Positions 12,301 through 24,300 of a stretch of 64,000 nucleotides of DNA are shown in pieces. The first letter of the stretch is position 1, and each line of letters opens with the position of its first letter. Location of the stretch: positions 64,418,001-64,482,000 of the forward strand of contig OX597827.1 of NCBI GenBank assembly GCA_951406725.2, written 5' to 3'. Origin of the DNA: Octopus vulgaris (taxonomy: Eukaryota). Under the pieces are notes generated by a model that was not told the DNA's origin, made no database searches, and saw only the letters and a list, made by a program, of their open reading frames with translations. Made by a program: the position numbers and the translations under genes.

Positions 12301-15300
12301 TGTTGAATATTCCTTCTACCCATTCCTCCTCTTCACCTGCAAATCCCACTCTCTGGAATGTTCAATATTCCTACCTCCCCTTTCTCCATTTCACCTTCAA
12401 ATCCCCCTCTCTGGAATGTTCAGTATCCCTTCCTCAACTTCCTCCCCTTCACATTTAAATCCCCCTCTCTGGAATGTTCAATATTCCTTCCTCCCCTTCC
12501 GCCCTGTCACCTTCAAATCCCCCTCTCTGGAATGTTGAATATTCCTTCTTCCCATTACTCACCTTACCTTCAAATCCCACCCTCTGGAATGTTGAATATT
12601 CCTTCTACCCATTCCTCCCCTTCACCTTCAAATCCAACTCTCTGGAATGTTTAATATTCCTACCTCCCCTTTCTCCATTTCACCTTCAAATCCCCCTCTC
12701 TGGAATGTTCAGTATTCCTTCCTCAACTTCCTCCCCTTCACCTTTAAATCACCCTCTCTGGAATGTTCAATATTCCTTCCTCCCCTTCCGCATCCTCACC
12801 TTCAAATCCCCCTCTCTGGAATGTTCAATATTCCGTCCTCCCCTTCCGCCTCTTCACCTTCAAATCCACCTCCATGGAATGTTCAATATTCCTTCACCCT
12901 CCACCTTCAAATCCCCCTGTCTGGAATGTTCAATATGCCTTCCTCCCCTTCCTCCCCTTCACCTTCAAAACCCCTCTCTGGAATGTTCAGGATTCCTTTC
13001 TCTCAGTCCTCCATTCGCCGTCAAATCCCCCTCTATGGAATGTTCAATATTCCTTCCTCCCCTTTCTCCCCTTCACCTTTAAATCCCCCTCTCCAGAATG
13101 TTCAATATTCCTTCCTCCCCTTCCTCCCCTTCACCTTTAAATCCCCCTCTTTGTAATGTTCAATATACCTTCCTCCCCTTCCTCTACTTCACCTTCAAAT
13201 CCCCCTCTCTGGAATGTTCAATATTCCTCCCTCCCCTTCTTCCCCTTCACCTATAAATCCCCCTCTCTGGAATGTTCAATATTCCTTCCTCTATTTCTTC
13301 CCCTTCACCGTAAATTCCCATTCTATGGAATGTTCAATATTCCTTATTCCCCTTCCTCCCCTTCACCTTTAAATAACCCTCTCTGGAATGTTCAATATTC
13401 CTTCTTCCCCTTCCTCCCCTTCACCTTCAAATCCCCCTCTCTGGAATGTTCAATATTCCTTCTTCCCATTCATCACTTCACCTTCAAATCCCCCTCTCTG
13501 GAATGTTCAGGATTCCTTCCTCCCCGTCCTACCCTTCACCGTCAAACCCCCTTCTCTGGAATGTTCAATATTCCTTCCTCTCTTTCCTCCCCTTCACCTA
13601 TAAACCCCCTCACTGGAATGTTCAATATTCCTTCTTCCCCTTCCTCCACTTCACCTTTAAATCCCCCTCTTTGGAATGTTCAATATTCCTTCCTCCCCTT
13701 CAATCCTTCAACTTCAAATCCCCCTCTCTGGAATGTTCAATATTCCTTCCTCCCCTTCCTCCCCTTCAACTTTAAATCCCCCTCTCCGCAATGTTCGATA
13801 TTCCTTCCTCCCCTTCCTCTCCTACACATTCAAATCCCCTTCTCAGAAATGTTAAATCATCCTCCCTCCCCTTCTTCCCCTTTACCTATAAATCCTTCTC
13901 TCTGGAATGTTCAATATTCCTTCCTCCATTTCCTCCCCTTTACCTTCAAATCCCACTCTCTGGAATGTTGAATATTCCTTCTTCCCATTCCCCCACTTCA
14001 ACTTCAAATCCCCCTCTCTGGAATGTTCAGCATCCCTTCCTCCCCTTCCTACACTTCACCTTCAAATCCCCCTCTCTGGAATGTTCAGTATCCCTTCCTC
14101 CCCTTCCTCCCCTTCACCTTCAAATCCCCCTCTCTGGAATGTTCAATATTCCTTCCCCCTTCACGTCCAAATCCCCCTCTCTGGAATGTTCAATATTCAT
14201 TCTTCCCATTCCTCCCCTTTACCTTCAAATCCCCCTCTCTGGAATGTTCAATATTCCTTCTTCCCATTCCTCCCCTTTACCTTGAATTCCCCCTCTCTGG
14301 AATGTTCAATATTCCTTCTTCCCATACCGCCCCTTTAACTTCAAATCCCCCTCTCTGGAATGTTCAATATTCCTTCCTCCCCTTCCTCCCCTTCACCTTC
14401 AAATCCCCCTCTCCGGAATGTTCAATATTCCATCCTCTCCTTCCTCCCCTTCACCTTCAAATCCCCCTCTCTGGAATGTTCAATATTCCTTCTTCCCATT
14501 CCTCCCCTTCACCTTCAAATCCCCCTCTCTGGAATGTTCAATATTCCTTCTTCCCATTCCTCCCGTTCACCTTCAAATCACCCTCTTTGGAATGTTCAAT
14601 ATTCCATCCTCCCCTTCCCATCACCTTCAAATCCCCCTCTCTGGAATGTTCAATATTCCTTCCACCCCTTCCTCCCTTCATCTTCAAAGCCCCCTCTCTG
14701 GAATGTTCAATATTCCTTCCTCCCCTTCCGCCTCTCCACCTTCAAATCCCCCTCTCTGGAATGTTCAATATTCCGTCCTCTCCTTCCGCCGCTTCACCTT
14801 CAAATCCACCTCCATGGAATGTTCAATATTCCTTCCCCCTGCACCTTCAAATCCCCCTCTCTGGAATGTTCAGGATTCCTTCCTCTCCGTCCTCCATTCG
14901 CCGTCAAATCCCCCTTTTATGGAATGTTCAATATTCCTTCCTCCCCTTCCGCCCCTTCACCTTTAAATCCCCCTCTCTGGAATGTTCAATATTCCTTCCT
15001 CCCCTTCAGCTTTAAATCCCCCTCTTTGTAATGTTCAATATACCTTCCTCCCCTTCCTCTCCTTCACCTTCAAATCCCCCTCTTTGGAATGTTCAATATT
15101 CCTCCCTCCCCTTCTTCCCCTTCACCTATAAATCCCCCTCTCTGGAATGTTCAATATTCCTTCCTCTATTTCCTCCGCTTCACCGTAAATTCCCATTCTA
15201 TGGAATGTTCAATATTCCTTATTCCCCTTCCTCCCCTTCACCTTTAAATCACTGTCTCTGGAATGTTCAATATTCCTTCATCCCCTTCCTCCCCTTCACC

Positions 15301-18300
15301 TTCAAATCCCCCTCTCTGGAATGTTCAATATTCCTTCTTCCCATTCATCCCTTCACCTTCAAATCCCCCTCTCTGGAATGTTCAGGATTCCTTCCTCCCC
15401 GTCCTACCCTTCACCGTCAAACCCCCCTCTCTGGAATGTTCAATATTCCTTCCTCCCATTCTCCAATTCACCTTAAAATCCCCCTCTCTGGAATGTTCAA
15501 TATTCCTTCCTTTCTTTCCTCCCCTTCACCTATAAATCCCCCTCACTGGAATGTTCAATATTCCTTCTTCCCCTTCCTCCAATTCACCTTTAAATCCCCC
15601 TCTTTGGAATGTTCAATATTCTTTCCTCCCCTTCCATCCTTCAACTTCAAATCCCCCTCTCTGGAATGTTCAATATTCCTTCCTCCCCTTCCTCCCCTTC
15701 CACTTTAAATCCCCCTCTCTGCAATGTTCAATATTCCTTCCTCCCCTTCCTCTCCTACACATTCAAATCCCCCTCTCAGGAATGTTCAATCCTCCTCCCT
15801 CCCCTTCTTCCCCTTTACCTATAAATCCTCCTCTCTGGAATGTTCAATATTCCTTCCTCCATTTCCTCACCTTTACCTTCAAATCCCACTCTCTGGAATG
15901 TTGAATATTCCTTCTTCCCATTCCTCCCCTTCAACTTCAAATCCCCTCCTCTGGAATGTTCAATATTCCTTCTTCCCCTTTCTTCATTTCACCTTCAAAT
16001 ACCCCTCTTTGGAATGTTCAGCATCCCTTCCTCCTCTTCCTACCCTTCACCTTCAAATCCCCCTCTCTGGAATGTTCAGTATCCCTTCCTCCCCTTCATC
16101 CCCTTCACCTTCAAATCCCCCTCTCTGGAATGTTCAATATTCCTTCCCCCTTCACGTCCAAATCCCCCTCTCTGGAATGTTCAATATTCCTTCCTCCCTC
16201 TCCTCCCCTTCACCTTCAAATCCCCCTATCTGGAATGTTCAATATTCCTTCCGTTCCTTCCTCCCATTCACCTTCAAATCCCCCTCTCTGGAATGTTCAA
16301 TATTCCTTCTTCCCATTCCTCCCCTTCACCCTGAAATCACCCTCTCTGGAATGTTCAATATTCCTTCTTCCCATTCCTACCCTCTACCATCAAATCCCCC
16401 TGTCTGGAATGTTCAATATTCAATCCTCCCCTTCCTCCCCTTCACCTTCAAATCCCCCTCTCTGGAATGTTGAACATTCCTTCTTCCCATTCCTCCGCTT
16501 TACCTTCAAATCCCCCTCACTGGAATGATCAATATTCCTTCCTCCAATTCCTCCCCTTCACCTTCAAATCCCCCTCCCTGGAATGTTCAATATTCCTTAC
16601 ACCCCTTCCTCCCCTTCACCTTCATATCCCCCTCTCTGGAATGTTCAATATTCCCTCCTCCTTTTCCTCCCCTTCAACTTCAAATCCCCCTCTCTGGAAT
16701 GTTCAATATTCCCTCCTCCCCTTCCTCCCCTTCACCTTCAAATTCCCCTCTCTGGAATGTTCAATATTCCTTCCTCCCCTCCCTCCCCTTCACCTTCAAA
16801 TCGCTCTCTCTGAAATGTTCAATATTCCTTCCTCCCCTTCCTCCCCTTCACCTTCAAATCCCCCTCTCTGGAATGTTCAATATATCTTCCTCCCCTTCCT
16901 CCCCTTCACCTTCAAATTTCCCTCTCTGGAATGTTCAATATGCCTTCCTCCCTTCACCTTCAAATCCCCCTCTCTGGAATGTTCAATATTCCCTCATCCT
17001 TTTCCTCGCCTCCACCTTCAAATCCCCCTCTCTGGAATGTTCAATATTCCTTCCTCCGCTTCCCCCCTTCACCTTCAAATCCCCCTCTATGGAATTTTCA
17101 ATATTCCTTCCTCTCCTTCCTCCCCTTCACATTCAAATCCCCCTCTCTGGAATGTTCAGGATTCCTTCCTCCCCGTCCTACCCTTCACCGTCAAACCCCA
17201 CTCTCTGGAATGTTCAATATTCCGTCCTCCCCTTCCTCCCCTTCACCTTCAAATCCCCCTCTCTGGAATGTTCAATATTCCTTCCTCCCTTTCCTCCCCT
17301 TCACCTTCAAATCCCCCTCTCTGGAATGTTCAATATTCCTTCCTCCTCCTCCTCCCCTTCATCTTCAAATCCCCCCTCCGGAATGTTCAATATTCCCTCC
17401 TCCTTTTCCAACCCTTCACCTTCAAATCCCCCTCTATGGAATGTTCAATATTCCTTCCACCTCTTCCTCCCCTTCATCTTCAAATCCCCCCTCCGGAATG
17501 TTCAATATTCCCTCCTCCTTTTCCACCCCTTCACCTTCAAATCCCCCTCTCTGGAATGTTCAATATTCCTTCCTCCACTTCCTTACCTTCACCTTCAAAT
17601 CCCCCTCTCTGGAATGTTCAATATTCCTTCTTCCCATTCCTCCCCATTACCTTCAAATGCCCCTCTCTGGAATGTTCAATATTCCTTCTTCCCATTCCTT
17701 ACCTTCACCTCCAAATCCCCCTCTCTGGATTGTTCAATATTCCTTCCTCCCCTTCGTCCCCTTCACCTTCAAATCCCCCTGTCTGGAATGTTCAATATGC
17801 CTTCCTCCCCTTCCTCCCCTTCACCTTCAAAACCCCTCTCTGGAATGTTCAGGATTCCTTTCTCTCAGTCCTCCATTCGCCGTCAAATCCCCCTCTATGG
17901 AATGTTCAATATTCCTTCCTCGCCTTTCTCGCCTTCACATTTAAATGCCCCTCTCTGGAATGTTCAATATTCCTTCCTCCCCTTCCTCCCCTTCACCTTT
18001 AAATCCCCCTCTTTGGAATGTTCAATATACCTTCCTCCCCTTCCTCTCCTTCACCTTCAAATCCCCCTCTCTGGAATGTTCCATATTCCTCCCTCCCCTT
18101 CTTCCCCTTCACCTATAAATCCACCTCTCTGGAATGTTCAATATTCCTTCCTCCATTTCCTCCCCTTCACCGTAAATTCCCATTCTATGGAATGTTCAAT
18201 ATTCCTTATTCCCCTTCCTCCCCTTCACCTTTAATTCACCCTCTCTGGAATGTTCAATATTCCTTCTTCCCCTTCCTCCCCGTTACCTTGAAATCCCCCT

Positions 18301-21300
18301 CTCTGGAATGTTCAATATCCCTTCTTCCCATTTATCCCTTCACCTTCAAATCCCCTTCTCTGGAATGTTCAGGATTCCTTCCTCCCCGTCCTACCCTTCA
18401 CCGTCAAATACCCCTCTCTGGAATGATCAATATTCCTTCCTTTCTTTCCACCCCTTCACCTATAAATCCCCCTCACTGGAATGTTCAATAATCCGTCCTC
18501 CACTTCCTCCCCTTCACCTTCAAATCCCCCTCTCTGGAATGTTCAATATTCTGTCCTCCCCTTCTGCCCCTTCACCTTCAAATCCCCCTCTCTGGAATGT
18601 TCAATATTACTACCCCCTTCACCTTCAAATCCCCCTCTCTGGAATGTTGAATATTCCTTCCTCCGCTTCCTCCCCTTCACCTTCAAAACCCTCTCTCTGG
18701 AATGTTCAATATTCCTTCCCCCCTTCCTCCCCATCACTTTCAAATCCCCCTCTCTGGAATGTTGAATATTCCTTCATCCCATTCCTCCCCTTTACCTACA
18801 AATCTCACTCTCTGGTATGTTGAATATTCCTTCTTCCCAATCCTCCGCTTCACCTTCAAATCCCACTATCTGGAATGTTCAATATTCCTATCTCCTCTTC
18901 CTCCATTTCACCTTCAAATCCCCCTCTCTGGAATGTTCAGTATTCCTTCCTCCCCTTCCTCCCCTTCCCCTTCAAATCCCCCTGTCTGGAATGTTCCATA
19001 TTCCTTCCTCCACTTCCTCCCCTTCACCTTCAAATCCCCCTCTATGGAATGTTCAATATTACGTCCTCCCCTTCCGCCCCTTCACCTTCAAATCCCCCTC
19101 TCTGGAATGTTCAACATTCCTTCCCCCCTTCACATTGAAATCCCCCTCTCTGGAATGTTCAATAATCCTTCCTCCCCTTCCTCCCCTTCACCTTCAAATC
19201 CCCCTCTCTGGAATGTTGAACATTCCTTCTTCCCATTCCTCCGCTTTACCTTCAAATCCCACTCTCTGGAATGTTGAATATTCCTTCTACCCATTCCTCC
19301 TCTTCACCATCAAATCCTACTCTCTGGAATGTTCTATATTCCTAACTCCCCTTTCTCCATTTCACCTTAAAATCCCCCTCTCTGGAATGTTCAGTATCCC
19401 TTCCTCAGCTTCCTCCCCTTCACCTTTAAATCCCCCTCTCTGGAATGTTCAATATTCCTTCTTCCCCTTCCGCCCCTTCACGTTCAAATCCCCCTCTCTG
19501 GAATGTTGAATATTCCTTCTTCCCATTACTCCCCTTTACCTTCAAATCCCACCCTCTGGAATGTTGAATATTCCTTCTACCCATTCCTCCCCTTCAACTT
19601 CAAATCCTACTCACTGGAATGTTTAATATTCCTAACTCCCCTTTCTGCAATTCACCTTCAAATCCCCCTCTCTGGAATGTTCAGTATTCCGTCCTCAACT
19701 TCCTCCCCTTCACCTTTAAATCACCCTAACTGGAATGTTCAATAATTCTTTCTCCCCTTCCGTCTCTTCACCTTCAAATCCCCCTCTCTGGAATGTTCAA
19801 TATTCCGTCCTCCCCTTCCGCCTCTTCACCTTCAAATCCACCTCTCTGGAATGTTCAATATTCCTTCCCCCCTCCACCTTCAAATCCCACTCTCTGGAAT
19901 GTTCAATATTCGTCCGTCCCATTCCTCCCCTTCACCTCAAATCCCCCTCTCTGGAATGTTCAATATTCCTTACTCCCATTCCTCCCCATCACCTTCAAAA
20001 TCCCTCTCTGGAATGTTCAGGATTCCTTCCTCTCCGTCCTCCATTCGCCGTCAAATCCCCCTCTATGGAATGTTCAATATTCCTTCCTCCCCTTTCTCCC
20101 CTTCACCTTTAAATCCCCCTCTCTGGAATGTCCAATATTTCTTCCTCCCCTTCCTCACCTTCACCTTTAAATCCCCCTCTTTGTAATGTTCAATATACCT
20201 TCCTCCACTTCCTCTCCTTCACATTCAAATCCCCCTCTCTGGAATGTTCAATATTCCTCGCTCCCCTACTTCCCATTCACCTATAAATACCCCTCTCTGG
20301 AATGTTCAATATTCCTTCCTCTATTTCCTCCCCTACACCTTCAAATTTCCCTCTCTGGAATGTTCAATATGCCTTCCTCCCCTTCACCTTCAAATCCCCC
20401 TCTCTGGAATGTTCAATATTCCCTCCTCCTTTTCCTCGCCTTCACCTTCAAATCCCCCTCTCTGGAATGTTCAATATTCCTTCCTCCCCTTCACTTTCAA
20501 ATCCCCCTCTCTGGATTGTTCAATATTCCTTCATCCCCTTCCTCCCCTTCACCTTCAAATCCCCCTCTATGGAATTTTCAATATTCCTTCCTCCCCTTCC
20601 TCCCCTTCACATTAAAATCCCCCTGTCTGGAATGTTCAATATTCCTTCCTCCCTCTCCTCCCCTTCACCTTCAAATCCCCCTCTCTGGAATGTTCAATAT
20701 TCCGTCCTCCCTTTCCTCCACTTCACCTTCAAATCCCCCTCTCTGGAATGTTCAATATTCCTTCCTCCTCCTCCTCCCCTTTATCTTCAAATCCCCCCTC
20801 CGGAATGTTCAATATTCCCTCCTCCTTTTCCACCCCTTCACCTTCAAATCCCCCTCTCTTGAATGTTCAATATTCCTTCCTCCACTTCCTTCCCTTCACC
20901 TTCAAATCCCCCTCTCTGGAATGTTCAATATTCCTTCTTCCCATTCCTCCCCTTTACCATCAAATCCCCCTCTCTGGAATGTTCAATATTCCTTCTTCCC
21001 ATTCCTTACCTTCACCTCCAAATCCCCCTCTCTGGATTGTTCAATATTCCTTCCTCCCCTTCCTCCCCTTCACCTTCAAATCCCCCTCTCTGGAATGTTC
21101 AATATGCCTTCCTCTCCTTCACCTTCAAGTCCCCCTCTCTGGAATGTTAAATATTCCCTCCTCCTTTTCCTCCCTTTCACCTTCAAATCCCCCTCTCTGG
21201 AATGTTCAAAATTCCTTCCTCCCCTTCACCTTCAAATCCCCCTCTCTGGAATGTTTAATATTCCTACCTCCCCTTCACCTTCAAATCCCCTCTCCGGAAT

Positions 21301-24300
21301 GTTCAATATTCCTTCCTCCCCTTCCTCCCATTCACCTTCAAATCCCCCTCTCTGGAATGTTCAATATTCCCTCCGCAATTTCCTCCCCTTCACCTTCAAA
21401 TCCCCCTCTCTGGAATGTCCAATATTCCTTCCTCCCCTTCCTCCCCTTTATCTTCAAATCCCCCACTCTGGAATGTTCAATATTCCATCCTCATTTTCCT
21501 CCCCTTCACCTTCAAATCCCCCTCTCTGGAATGTTCAATATCCCTTCCCCCCCTTCCTTCCCTTCACCTTCAAATCCCCCTCTCTGGAATGTTCAATATT
21601 CCTTCTTCCCATTCCTCCCATTTACCTTCAAATCCCCCTCTCTGGAATGTTCAATATTCCTTATTCCCATTCCTTACTTCCACCTTCAAATCCCCCTCTC
21701 TGGAATGTTCAATATTCCTTCCTCCCCTTCCTCCCCTTCACCTTCAAATCCCCCTCTCTGGAATGTTCAATATTCCTTCCTCCCCTTCACCTTCAAATCC
21801 CCCTCTCTGGAATGTTCAATATTCCTTCTTCCCATTCCTCCCATTTACCTTCAAATCCCTCTCTCTGGAATGTTCAATATTCCTTCCTCCCCTTCCTCCC
21901 CTTCATCTTCAAATCCCCATCTCTGGAATGTTCAATATTCCCTCCTCCTTTTCCTCCCCTTCACCTTCAAATCCCCCTCTGTGGAATGTTCAATATTCCT
22001 TCTTCCACTTCCTTCCCTTCACCTTCAAATCCCCCTCTCTGGAATGTTCAATATTCCTTCTACCCATTCCTCCCATTTACCTTCAAATCCCCCTCTCTGG
22101 AATGTTCAATATTCCTTCTTCCCATTCCTTACCTTCACCTTCAAATCCCCCTCTCTGGAATGTTCAATATTCCTTCCTCCCCTTCCTCCCCTTCACCTTC
22201 AAATGCCCGGTCTCTGGAATGTTCAATATTCCTTCCTCCACTTCCTCCCCTTCACCTTCAAATCCCCCTCTGGAATGTTCAATATTGCTTCTTCCCATTC
22301 CTCACATTTACCTTCAAATCCCCATCTCTGGAATGTACAATATTCCTTCGTACCCTTACTCCCCTTCATCTTCAAATCCCCCTCTCTGGAATGTTCAATA
22401 TTCCCTCCTCCTTTTCCTCCCCTTCACCTTCAAATCCCCTCTCTGGAATGTTCAATATTCCTTCCTCCCCTTCCTACCCATCACCTTGCAATCCCCCTCT
22501 CTGGAATGTTCAATATTCCTTCTTCCCATTCCTCCCATTTACCTTCAAATCCCCCTCTCTGGAATGTTCAATATTCCTTTTTCCCATTCCTTATTTACCT
22601 TCAAATCCCCATCTCTGGAATGTTCAATATTCCTTCTTCCCATTCCTTACCTTCACATTCAAATCCCCCTCACTGGAATGTTCAATATTCCTTCTTCCCA
22701 TTCCTCCCCTTTAACTTCAAATCCCCCTCTCTGGAATGTTCAATATTCCTTCTTCCCATTCCTTACCTTCACCTTGAAATCCCCCTCTCTGGAATGTTCA
22801 ATATTCCTTCTTCCCATTCCTCCCCTTTACCTTCAAATCCCCCTCTCTGGAATGTTCAATATTCCTTCTTCCCATTCCTCCCCTTAACCTTCAAATCCCC
22901 CTTTCTGGAATGTTCAATATTCCTTCTTCCCATTCCTCCCCTTCACCTTCATTCCTTCTGGAATGTTAAATATTCCCTCCTCCTTTTCCTCCCCTTCACC
23001 TGCAAATCCCCCTCTCTGGAATTTTCAATATTCCTTCCTCCCCTTCACCTTCAAATCCCCCTCTCTGGAATGTTCAGTACTCCTTCCTCCCCTTCACCTT
23101 CAAATCCCCCTCACTGGAATGTTCAATATTCCTTCCTCCCCTTCACCTTCAAATCCCCCTCTCCGGAATGTTCAATATTCCTTCCTCCCCTTCCTCCCAT
23201 TCACCTTCAAATCCCCCTCTCTGGAATGTTCAATATTCCCTCCTCCTTTTCCTCCCCTTCACCTTCAAATCCCCCTCTCTGGAATGTTCAATATTCCTTC
23301 CTCCCCTTCCTCCCTTTCATCTTCAAATCCCCCCTCTGGAATGTTCAATATTCCCTCCTCATTTTCCACCCCCTCACCTTCAAATCCCCCTCTCTGCAAT
23401 GTTCAATATTTCTTCCTCCACTTCCTTCCCTTCACCTTCAAATCCCCCTCTCTGGAATGTTCAATATTCCTTCCTCCCTTCCTCCCCTTCACCTTCAAAT
23501 CACCCTCTCTGGAATGTTCAATATTCCTTCCTCCCCTTCCTCCCCTTCAACTTCAAATCCCCCTCTCTGGAATGTTCAATATTCCTTCCTCCCCTTCCTC
23601 CCCTTCACCTTCAAATCCCCCTCTCTGGAATGTTCAATATTTCTTCTTCCAATTCCTCCCCTTTACCTTCAAATCCCCCTTTCTGGAATGTTCAATATTC
23701 CTTCTTCCCATTCCTCCCATTTACCTTCAAATCCCCCTATCTGGATTGTTCAATATTCCTTCTTCCCATTCCTTACGTTCACCTTCAATTCCCCCTCTCT
23801 GGAATGTTCAATATTCCTTCTTCCCATTTCTCCCATTTACTTTCAAATCCCCCTCTCTGGAATGTTCAATATTCCTTCCCCACCTTCCTGCCCTTCACCT
23901 TCAAATCCCCCTCTCTGTAATGTTCAATATTCCTTCCTCTCCTTCACCTTCAAATCCCCTCTCTGGAATGTTCAATATTCCTTCTTCCCATTCCTCCCAT
24001 TTACCTTCAAATCCCCCTCTCTGGAATGTTCAATATTCCTTCCTCCCCTTCCTCCCCTTCATCTTCAAATCCCCATCTCTGGAATGTTCAATATTCCCTC
24101 CTCCTTTTCCTCCCCTTCACCTTCAAATCCCCCTCTGTGGAATGTTCAATATTCCTTCTTCCACTTCCTTCCCTTCACCTTCAAATCCCCCTCTCTGGAA
24201 TGTTCAATATTCCTTCTACCCATTCCTCCCATTTATCTTCAAATCCCCCTCTCTGGAATGTTCAATATTCCTTCTTCCCATTCCTTACCTTCACCTTCAA

